A program made the translations under genes and the position numbers. 64,000 nucleotides of DNA from Heteronotia binoei (taxonomy: Eukaryota), in the NCBI RefSeq assembly GCF_032191835.1, contig NC_083237.1, positions 24,552,001 through 24,616,000 on the forward strand, given 5' to 3'. This document shows positions 20,204 to 32,200 of the stretch, piece after piece. Position 1 is the first letter of the stretch. Each line of letters opens with the position of its first letter. The notes beneath the pieces were generated by a model, which had not been told where the DNA came from, made no database searches, and was given only the letters and a program-made list of their open reading frames with translations.

Positions 20204-23200
20204 CTGAAATAGTTACACGTTTGGAGGGCTTTGGAGTTATATTTTCCAGCTGCTCTTCTTGGAGCTGAGGGGGCAGGGAAGAGAGAGAAAGAAGGACTCA
20301 GACAAGAGGCCTAGCCCAGAAGCCTGTACTGGTTTGCCACTCATGCAGAAATGCAGGAAGAAACTCCTGGAAAATGTCTTCTTGTGATGTGACTGGAGTG
20401 GGTTGTAGGAACATTATCACTCCGTTCTTGGCCTATCTCTACATTGGCTCCCACTTTGTTTATAGACCCAATTTATGGTGCTGCCTTTGACACTTAATAG
20501 CCCAGTACTGTCTAGACCAGCATAACGTAAGGACTGCCTACTCTCATACGTACCTACCTGACCAATATGGTCATCTTCTGTGGCCTTGCTTTGGGTGCCT
20601 CCCTTGTCTTCTGAGGTTAGACAGGTGGCAACCCAAGATTGGTCCTTCTTAGTTATGGTGCCAAAGTTGTGGAACTCCCTCCCCATGGATATTTGCCTGT
20701 CCTCTTCAATAGCTGTCTTCTACAAGCTGGTGATGACTTTTCTGTTTTGTCTGCCATTCCCTCCACAATCCCTCCTTAATGCCTTATGCTTTAATTGATG
20801 GTTCTACAAAAGCTAGGATTTTAACTTGTTTTATGATATGTTTTTATACTCTTTGTTTTTATTTATTAGCTGCCAAACTGGGACAAAAGTTGGAATATAA
20901 ATCTTGTGAATAAATAAATAAGGAGTCCTATTCCAAGTTCATATATGACCACAGCATTGAATTGCACACATACATGGGCCACAGATCTCACAACAAAGGC
21001 AGAAATTCCATGGCCCCAGCATCCCCTCAAAGATACATGTTCAGCCATTGTTCATCAAGTGATAGTCATTAGTACTAGTGATAGCAATTAGGCTAGCTCT
21101 GATTTCACTCTGTCTTATACCTTAGCATCTTCCTTGCTTTTTGAGTGTCTCATTCTCTCCATGGATGAGGACAGAACACTATAGATGGTGACAAAAGTCA
21201 GGCTGCTCCTTTGTTTGGCTGTAAGATAAATGGAGAAATTGTAAGGCACATGGTTCCCAACAAAGCTAGCACCAGCAGGAGGCATTTGGGGAATATTTGA
21301 CTGATACATTAAAATACCTCTAGACCAGGAGTGTTGAACTCCTTTGTTATGAGGGACAGATCTGACATAAATGAGACCTTGTTGGGCCGGGCCATGTGTT
21401 TAAGACAAGGTAGCAGAGATACAAATTTTATAAAGAACACAAAACACAAATACATTTTTTAAAAACTTAAAACATGCTTACAACGTTATTACTCATTGGT
21501 CTTTCTTTGTATTTCTTCCTTCTTTGTATTTCTCCCATGGGATCCAGGGAACTGGGCAAAGGAAGTTCTGACTTTTTCCTTCCTTCTCCAGGGGACTGGG
21601 AGGGGGGGGGGAGCCTTAGCCAATAAAAGGAAGGGAGGCTTGGCTCAGTAGCTCCACTGTGCAATTGAAAGAGCCTAGCAAAGCAAGCTATTCCTCCCCC
21701 CGTTCCTCCCCAAGGGAGGAGCCTCAGCCAATGGAGAAAATAGAGGTTTTGCTCTGTAGCTCCCATACAGTTGAGCAAGCCTTGCAAAGCAAGCTGTTAT
21801 GCAGAAGGAAGCAAGATATAGGGTGAAGGAAGTAGATGACAGCCAGTTGCTCAGGGGCCTGATAGCCCTCCGGGGGCCTCTGGTACCACAGATCCATGAA
21901 TCTTAGAAGTGAGATGGGGCTTTTCTGTGCCAAGTTTCCGCTGCAGTTTAGCTTCTTAGCTGAATTGTTCTTCCCCTCCCTAATACACTGGGCCATTTGC
22001 TGGTTGTTGCTCTCCTTCTCCCATCTCAAGTTTTTTCTGTGTTTTATCAGACCACTGCAAAGCTGTTCAGGTTCATAGCTACAGTGAGGCCCAGGGGGGC
22101 AAACCACTCCATTCAAACCCCCCTTCCATCTGTATGGCCTGCAATCTGCCCCCTTTGCTCATCGCCAGTCACCACTGCTCAGGATAAGTGTAGCTTTGCT
22201 ACTGTAGCATTGCTGCCGGTCTCCTTTCTGCCGCTGCTACTACTGCTCTGATCAAAAAGCACTTTCTTCCTGGCTTGCACTCTGGACATGCTCCGACCAG
22301 GCCACTGCATCTGTTGTGGCTGCTATGGCAGCTGGCCCTCCCCAGTGCTCATGCCCCAGGGTCAGGACTCACTCCTGGGATCACCATGCCATGCTGATGC
22401 AGAAGAATGCCAGGAAAGAGAGACCCTCCAAGTGCTGGGGAAGGAAGCCTTCCTGTTGGCTGGATCCTCGGTGGCCAGAGGCAGTGGGGGCCTTGGAATC
22501 CGAGAGGGGTCAGTTCCTTCCAGGAGGGTGGGGAAAAGGCTTCGCTTTTGCCTGGCCAGAGAAACCAGCAGGGAGGGGCTTCAGATCAGCATGGGGTAGA
22601 GAGAGAAGCCTACTTGCAGCCGGATCCCGCCCCCTCCGAGTCCGGAAGGTTTAGTTAGGCAAATGGGGGAGGGGGGCTGTCACTTTACTTGAGAAGCAGA
22701 GAAATGGTTTAAGGCCAAAGTGAGTGGCTCCTTGCCCCCCTCCCAATAATAAATGCTGCTGTGCCCCCCCCCACCAAACAAAACATTAAATCCTGGCTAT
22801 CACCCTGAAGCTGCTTCAAAAAATGGGGAAACATCAAAGACAAAATGGGTGAGCAATGAGAGGAGTACAGTTCATAAGAAATGCAGTTAAGAAGCCAAGC
22901 TGCATCAAAAACCTGGTGCAGAAAGCCTTTATGCACTGGAACAGAGTATTTAGCAATAGCACCAACCTTCCTTTCCATCAGCAGAGTTAGATTCATAAGC
23001 GGAGCCAGGGGATGTCATAGTTGTATACTGTGTGTCCGTAGCTGTGCTGCTTTTGAAATGTCTGACACTGCTCTGATTTTTTAAAATGTATTTTGATATA
23101 ATATGGTTGGGTTGGAAGCTTGTTTTATAAACTGCTTTAGATCGCCATACCCCCATACCAAACATAACAGTTGCAATTGAATACACAGAATATACAAATT

Positions 23201-26200
23201 TAAACAATAGATAGAGACCAACTATGGATTAAGCTAGTAAACCTGGGAATGGACCCTTGTTTGCTGTTTCTCTTGAAGAAACTTCATTCCAATACTTTTT
23301 GCAAATTTTTTCTAGTGGTGACCTGACTAGTAAAATCCCAGTGTTAAAGGGGGTTAAACAAGGTTGCGTGCTGGCCCTGCATCTTTTAAATTTATTTTTA
23401 ACTGATCTGGCACAATTTTTTAACCCTATTAATGGTCATCCGCCTAAACTAGCAGGCCGAGAGGTCCCCTTATTACTTTATGCCAGCCGATGACACTACC
23501 ATCCTCTCTTGTACAAGGCCTGCAAAGGTATCTGAATGCCTTCTAGGACTACTGTAACTGTAATTCACTCTCTATTAATTATGCCAAATCTAAAGTAGTT
23601 GTCTTTTCAAGTTGCTGGCGCCCACAGAGATGGTTTATTGGCAACTCAACAATTGAGCAAACAATTTTTTTTTAAATACTTGGGGATCACTTTTAACCAC
23701 AAGCTAAGATGGGTATCACATCGTAACAAGACCATCAACTTGGCTAAATGTTCGGTTGCTCAAATCAAACAATTTTTCTTTGCAGGGGGCAACTAATTAG
23801 TCCCAGCAGCAATTAAAGTATTCAGATCTAAAACGCTAGCCCAAATTCTCTATGGTATCCCTATATTGATCTCAGCATTTACTAGGAAAGTGGAGGACAT
23901 TCAAGCCTCATTCTTTAGACAAATTCTTGGTATTCCAAAATATGTGTCCTACTTGCTTTCTGCTCTGAAGTGGGCCTTAGATCCTGAGAACAAGGCAAGT
24001 TAAAAGTCTTTCAATAAATAGATGAAATATTCTGCCAATGTAGAGCAACCCCATCCAAAGCTAGCTGTAAAAGCCTCTCCACACCATTAACCTTTCCGAC
24101 CAGCATCACCTCTATTTTATCTGTATTGAGCTTGTTTATTCTCCCCTAGCCAGCTGACCATGGCATCCAAGGAATGGCCTGAGACAGAGATGGCTGCTTC
24201 TAGAGGCTTTGTTAATTAAATATAGACCTGGGGGGGCGGTCATCAGTGTATTGATGGCACCTAACCACAAAGCTAGTGATAATCTCATTTAGTAGTCTCA
24301 TGTAAATATTAAGCAACGTAGGTGAGAGGACCAAAGCCTCAAGACATCTTTCAACTCATTTTCCAGGAAGCTCAAAGCTCATTGGTTTCTCTGATGACAG
24401 CTCTTTGAGTCCAACAGACAAAACTGCTGAAGCTATCAAAGTATCACTTCTATCACCCTTATCTCCTCCAACAGTTTAATAAAGCAACACATCATGTCAA
24501 AAGCCACCCATTAGCTCTAACAAAATCAGCAGAGAGGCACCACGTCTGTTTACCTATAAAAATAGATTGTATGACATTGACTATAGTTGAGGTATACATC
24601 AAGAGAGGGAGTGTTATAATTTTGGATCCAGGCTTGGGGGGGGGGAGGGCTTTTGACCATGATTGCTTATCTTTAGGTAGGATCTTACTGGCTCAGGACT
24701 AAAATCCATGCGGTTTTTCAGGTTCCATAGTTCAGGACCATTGTTTTCAATGGGGAATGTGTATGAAGTTCCAAGGCATCTGTTTATAAATGTGGCACCA
24801 GGTTTGCGTAGAACACAGCTCTCCCTCTAATCTAAAACCCCCTAAATTTCAAACAAATCAAACAAAGAGGCTTGATTTTATAGACCCCCCCCCCAAGTAA
24901 GTGACCTTCTGTGTAGCTTCACTTCTTTCTACTGATTCCTAAGGTGATGGTCAAGCAGCGGCCTAGCAGGAGTGGTCTAGCTGACCACCACAGCATTAAA
25001 AACAAAACAACAAAACCCTGACTGCATTCATTTCATCTTCCTACTCTTGCGGTGACTAATGTATAATTTTAAAAAATTACCTGCTGTTGTCATTCCTTGT
25101 TGTAGCCTGTTTGTGTCCCTTCACAAAGTAAAAGTAGCTTCCTTTGCTCAGTCCCCAGTCCCTTCCCATTGGTCTGTCATTATTCATTGGGGGCATTCTT
25201 GTGGGACTGGTGTGGCTGTTTTTTAACCAAACTGACACCAAAATTGTAGCAGGAGGACTTCTACCTGTCCGTTAATGAACCTCCAGGTTTCAAACAAAAT
25301 TGAACCAAGGGGTAAATTCTACAGGCCCCTAAACAAACTGCGTGCCCCTCCTCTGCTCTCTTATTTTCCCGGCCTTAGTACTTGCAAAGAACAAAAGGGC
25401 TCCATCCCCACAAAGTAGGGATGGAAAGAGCCCTGGCTTGTTTTAAATTATGTATTGCAAGCTGCCTTGAGTCATCAAGAAGGAAGAGATACAAATATTT
25501 TCATTAATAAGTAAAAAATAGAAACTAGAATATCCCTCCCCCTACCCCCCGGCATGGTAAGTTTGATATTGACCTAATAAGGTAGGATTTTAACAAAGGT
25601 CTAATATCCCCAAGACATTCTCAAAATCATTTCAGAGAATCAGTCTGAATCTATCCTTATCAACACCTCTACACTCAGATAACTTCCAAGTCAGATCAGA
25701 GAGGGATTTCTGTTTAAAACTGCAGATAACCTTGCAAAAATGTCAGTGTTTTGTCAAATCACTGCCTCCAGGTAATTCCATCCTAGTTGTCAATAAACAG
25801 TGCACCATCCTGCTCTGACCTGAATAGCCCAGGCAAGCCAGATTTCGGTAGCTGAGCAGGGTCAAACCTGGCAAGAACTTGGATGGGAGACCTCTAAGGA
25901 ATACCAAGGCCAGGATTTGGGGCAGGCAGTAGCATGCCACCCCTCTGAAATGTACAAGCCCCACTAGGGATCACTAGAAGTCAACCATGCACACACTCCC
26001 ACACACACACACACACACACACACAATACTCAACAAAACAAAAAATAATAAACTGTGCAATTCTGAATGATTTAATTACAGCAGTTTCTGCAGTTGTAGT
26101 GGTAAAGGAGGGGGGAGGGATTCTTCACTGCTTTCAAATCCACCCTTATAAGTTTTCCAACGAACTCTCTGGCATTGTCTGATCTGGTTTGAGTCATCTG

Positions 26201-29200
26201 TTAGTAGCACTTACAATGTCTCCTCACCCTCTTTAGTTCCCTCAGCAAACCGGTTGGTCACAGGTTGCTTGAAGGGAGAGGGGATGTTTGAGGAGTGATG
26301 TTATAAATGGCTGCCATTATAACCTGGAACAATCCCTGAGTTGCCATGCCAGGTATGAACAGCTGAACTTGGCCAGACAAGGGGCCTCCACATGAATGAT
26401 AAATTCCTCCAAGATAATCATCCTAGCAGACCACTATCTAGAGACCACCATTTCCAATTTAGCTAGTAAACTAAGTACATAGCAAGTGAACAGAAGTCCT
26501 AGCTTGTCCCAGGCACCTAACACAAGGTACATACAGTTGGTGCCAACTACTGCTGGCACCAGAAATCTGCACAGGGAATTCAAGGAGTGAGCAATTACAT
26601 AAATAACATAGCCTGAATCTTCCCTTACCTGAGCTCAGTGCGTTTTTCAGTCGACTTTTGGACTTGGACGTCTGATCCCTGAAAAGATACAGTTTAATTC
26701 AGTCTGATTTCTTCAAGGAGGTTCAAATTAAAAATGTAAATCTTAACTGCAGTCGCTCCACACCACTGATTGCCTGTGCCCTGCAGTGCAACATGAGAGC
26801 CACATTCTGATGGTCCAGTTCCACACTACTCCCATTTGCGTTGGATCGAGGATCAACGTGTGTGTATGTAAAGTTCCATCAAATCACAGCTGACTTATGG
26901 TGACCCATAGGGTTTTCAGGGCAGGCTCCATTCCACAAAAGCCCCCACCATCCAGGAAGGGGGTACTGACATTAGAAGGAATTAAGTCATGTGCACTGTC
27001 CACATGGTTCTTCTACCAAACCACAGTGGTGTGCTTAGGGTTGCTAGCTTCCCAGAATTACAGCTCGTCTCCAGAGTACAGAGATCTGTCCCCCTGGAGA
27101 AAATAGCCATTTTGGAAGATGGATTTTATGGCATTATACCCCACTGAGGTCCTTCCCCTCTCCAACCTCCCCAGGGTCCATCCCCAAATTGCCAGGAATT
27201 TCCCATCCTGGAGTTGCCAATCCTTGGTGAAGGACAGTGATAGGGAAGTAGCTCTCAGGTTAAATCAGACCTGTGTCATCTGCTTCCCTTGCTTTGCTCA
27301 CTCCAAACTGTTTAGATCATTCTTACCTGGACAGCTGATTTTTCCAACATACCTGACTGGCTGCTGTTTTTGCGTGGCACTGCTTGGCTGCGTCTTGTCC
27401 CCGCTCTTGCTCTTCTTTCTGCTGAATATTGTTTTCACTTTGACTGGCTTAGATGCATCCGGTGATCGACTCTGGGGCCTGCTTTGACCCCCTGTGAATG
27501 GCTGGGAGGTCCCCGCAGCCACAGATTTCAGACCAGGTTCAGAAGGCCCTGCTCCTACTGACACAAATTTCCTGCCAAATTGTGACCAACCTTTTTTGGT
27601 CCTCCCTAGTGGACTTGGCTCTTGAGAGGGACTTGGCTTGCTGCTCTTTGTCTTGCTAAGCTTCTGGGTTTCCATCCCTCCCACCTGTGAATATGGAGCT
27701 CTAGTCCTACCTGGACTCTGTAGCCTAGAAGGAGCAGCAGAGGTCCCCTGTTTCCCAGAAGGTTTTGATTTTACTGACATCTCTCTAGAAATGGGTCTGG
27801 TGCCAGGCACTTCATCCATGCCAGCCATTTGTGAATAGGGGACGCTGGTCCTGCCCGGACTCTGTAGCCTAGAAGGAGCAGCAGAGGTTCCCTGTTTCCC
27901 AGAAGGTTTTGATTTTACTGACATCTCTCTAGAAATGGGTCTGCTCCTCATATCTCCCTTTGCCTCAGCATTCACAGTTTCCAAAATCCTAGCACTAGCA
28001 TTATCAGAAACTTTGCTTTTTGCTGGTGTCACTTTAGATTCATGACTGACTGTCTGAAGGACAGGAAATGGTAATGTCTGTGAGGCTTTTGACCTAGTAG
28101 TTGCCACTCTGGATGTCTTACTTGCTGGCTGGGATGGGCCAGCTGCCACTGACACGGCACCCACCTCTGAAGGCCCAGCAGCCACCGATTTAGTAAACGC
28201 AAATGAAGAACCCGCAGCCTCTGATTTACGGGACCTTGCAACGACATTGGCTGAAGGTGCTCTTGTTGAAGCCGTTCTGGATGCCATCTGACTCTGCTTT
28301 CTTGATGTACGCTGGGAGGTTAAGCCACCTCCTTCTCCTTGGTTTAGAGGCCTGGCTGACCTTGATGAGCCCTGGCTTGTGACCTGGGCTTTTGTGGCAG
28401 ACTTCTCTGTCAAGCTTAAGGCATTGCTACGGCTCTGGGAGGTTTTCTGTTGATTGTCTTGAGACATGGTCGTTTCCACCAAAGACCTGGATTTTTTGCT
28501 CCTTTCGAGTTTAATAGGGACCTCTCCAGATGCCCAAGATTCTCTTTCTGTGATTATACTGGCTTTGGCCATGACAGCTTCATGCTCTGCTGTGGCACTA
28601 GGCTGTTCAATGCTCCTCTTCTGACTGGATGCCAAGGGGCTGAGTTGACTGTCTGGTTGAGAGGGACCAATGGCCTCGGAGACGGTAAACGGCACAGAAG
28701 GCCCAGTACCCACAGACATAGTGTCATATCCTGAAGTCTCTACCGCCACTGAGTAATGGGATGGTGGGGGAGAATGAGCACATGGCTTGCAAGTACTAAA
28801 ACGTCGAAGCTGGGAGCCCATTTGCTGCTCGCTCTGCTTAGTTGCACTCCCACTTTTCAGCTTTGATAGATCCTTGGAAACTGAATCCTGGGGCTGCTCT
28901 CTAGAAGTATGTGCCTATACAGAAGAAATATACAGTGTCGTTGCATATATAGGCCGTTTTCCCACTCACGTTTTACTGGCGCCACGACCATCCTGACGCC
29001 GGCGAATCTGCCTGGATTTCGCATCAGAAGCTCCGGCGCTCCCAGAAGCGCCGGCTACTTCCGTCGCTAAGCCAGCGCAAACGGAAATCGCAAAGATGCA
29101 GGAAAACGTTTGCGCTGGCTTAGCGACGGAAAGCGCCGGCGCTTCTGGGAGCGCCGGAGCTTCTGATGCGAAATCCAGGCAGATTCGCCGGCGTCAGGAT

Positions 29201-32200
29201 GGTCGTGGCGCCAGTAAAACGTGAGTGGGAAAACGGCCATAGAGTATGGATTCTCAGAAGACAATTGAAGATACGGTAAATGCAACTGCTTCCTAGCAAG
29301 TTACTTTCTTGACCCACCCATCTTCCTGATCAGTTACCCAAAGCTCCTCCTTTTTGATGGGCTGCTCTTAATTTCTTGCATTGAACAGAATTTGAGCTCT
29401 GTTTTTGGTGCTAGACTATCAGACCACTATGAACAAAAGCAAAAGAACACTAAAAGCATGTTTGTATTACAAAACTGCAGAGCTTTTTTTTAGCAGGAGC
29501 ACACAGAAATGCAGTTCTGGCTGGCTTGACATCAGGGGTGTGGCCTAATATGCAAATGAGTTCCTGTTGGACTTTTCCTACAGAAATCCTGTGCAAAACA
29601 ATGGTGATGTCTGGGATGTGGCCTAATATGCAAATGAGTTCTTGCTGGGCTTTTTCTACAAAAAAAAGCCCTGAAAAACTGTCCGTTCTAAATCTATCTA
29701 ACATGGCTTCCCTCAAAGAATCCCAGGAGTCGTATTTTGCTGAATGTGAGGAGAATTTTCTGTTTGAGATTCTTAAAGCTTCTCACAGAAGCTGCCAGGA
29801 AGGAATAACTATTAAACCAGTTTTCATGGTGTAGATATGGCCTAAGAGAATGTGGGCATGTTCAAAACAGTTTGACAGAATTTGAAGGACTGAAACTGAA
29901 TACCTACAATGAGAGAGCTGGACCCTGGAAGTGTTTTGGCTGAGTTGCCATCTAGCCCCAAATCACTTAAGCTGTTATTTGTAACTCCCTCCACACCTGA
30001 AAATAACTGAGTTTTCATTCTAAGATTATTGAGTTGTCTCCTTTAACTACAGGAACAATGGGGATAGATGAAAAGTTTGACTTCACGAGGAGACACCTTT
30101 CCAGGGAATGGCATAGAGGAGTATTGCCCATGTTGCTTTGTAATGCACTGTTTAGAGGTCTAAGAGAGAAATGCAGGTGGAAAAGGAGGGCTAGTAGTCC
30201 CTGCTTGAGGCTTACTGGAGCCCAAGATGAGAACCTGCTTGTATATCCCTTCCTGATCCTCTTCCTGTGTTTTTTTTCTTTTTCCACTCACAAACACACA
30301 TTCTGTAACCCTATCAGATCCTGCTCTCTAATAGTTTTACTTCCTTTCCTCTGTCTGTCATTCTTCTTCCATCCTTACCTCTTCTCTCATCAAAATAGCC
30401 AACCATGACCAAAAATGGTGGGTGAAGGCCAACAGCTTGGGCAAATGTCCCAGTAACGCTTAAGGCAGGGGTATCAAACTCATTTGTTATGAGGGCCACA
30501 TTTGACCTTGTTGGGCCCTGCTGGGCCATGTTGACCGGGCCATGTGTGTACCTATTTAAGATGAGGTAGCAGAGATATAAACTTTTTAAAGGACACAGAC
30601 AAACACGACTAAAGATTTTTTTTTTAACTTTAAATAAAACCTGCTTAAAAATTAGCACTTGTTGGTCTTAAAGGTGCTTTCTTTGTATTTCTCCCATGGG
30701 ACCCAGGGAACTGGGCAAAGGAAGCACTGGCTTTTTCCCTCCCTCCCCAGGGAACCAGGAAGGGGAGGAGCCACAACCAATGGAGAAAATCAAGATTTTG
30801 CTCTGTAGCTCCTGTATGATAGAGCAAGCAGAAGAAAGCAAGAGAGAGGGAGAAGGAAGCATACAAGAGCCAATTGCTCGGGAGCCTGATAGGAGCCCTC
30901 TGCCACATGTTTGACACCCCTGGCTTAAGGCATGCCAGCCTACAGTCACTGCATCCTCTAGGAGGCAATAGGATCTACAAAATCTGGGGAAGGAGCATCT
31001 TAGACTCTTATGACCTTACCTGAGGTTGTGCAGTTCCAGACAGCTGTTGAGAAGAGGGTTGCAAAGCACCTTTGGAAATAAAAGGAGAAAGAGGGGTGGA
31101 GGAGAGCAACAAAGGCAACAGGGCCCCCCAAAAGACATGTTGGTGTAGGGCATGGTGAAGGGATATTGTTTCTGGAGGATATACATCCCCAGGGGCCCAG
31201 CAGTGTGATTTTCTCACAGCAGCTTCACCCCAGCAGCAGGTGGTATAGAGCAGCATGCTGGCTGTGGAGGCTTTTCATCCTACCTGCCTCAGTCACAACT
31301 AGAAATGGGACAAAGGTTTTGCCTGCTCATTGCTCTGCTTTCAGCACTTCCATCCATACCTGATTTTGGGGGGCTCTGCTTTGAAGCGATGGCACTTTGC
31401 CTGCAACAGAAAAATTTTGGTGAAAACATCACCAAGCAACTGCCTCCGTTCCCTATACACTGGTCAAATCACATAACCTGAGGACAGCTGAGATGGGCTA
31501 TTTTGATGGACCTTATGTTTTTTTTTTTATTCCTTGTAAATCAGGAAATGTTTTTCCTGATTTGGAAAGAAAATGTATTTAAGAGTTTTCCCATCAACTA
31601 AAGAAAAAGAGAGTATGTGGGTGGTTGCTAGGTAACCATCAAGCACTTCCTTCAAAAACTGCCCAGATGCAAAGTCATGGTGGAAAACTTTACCTCAGAG
31701 TTATTGACCTCAGGCAGTTCACCCTGCCCCATGATTCCCTCTCCCAAATAGCCACACACACATATTAGCATAATATATAGGGAGGATGCTTTCTCCATTT
31801 TCAAGTCAGCGCTTCCTCAGCCAGTGTTAATTGTTTTTGTTTTTAGGAAAACTGAAGAACTATGGCAGAGGCATTGTTGCCTGTAGTTTATATGGTGACT
31901 TACGGGCACTTTCAATCCACTTTGACCATTTGCAAGTGGATTTTGCCATTTCACATACAGTAAAATGGCAAAATCCACTTGGATCGAAACTGCATTATTT
32001 AGCAAGTGTGCACCTGAATACCCCCCATCAGATGTGACATCTACAATACCTGCAAATCCTATTTGTCAGAGGGAAGGAAGATACCTTACCTGTAATTTCT
32101 GAGTTGGTTTTCCCCGAGGGCTCTATTTTTTAATGAGAAACATCAGCTGGTAGTGGCTTCAGACAGAGAGGAACCTGAATCTTCTGTCTCAGAGAGAACT

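Noticed and set aside
25148-25274. Plus-strand hydrophobic stretch resembling a transmembrane helix (IGLSLFIGGILVGLVWLFF)
   Set aside because: Short, bounded by stops, weak acceptor and no start codon; likely chance.
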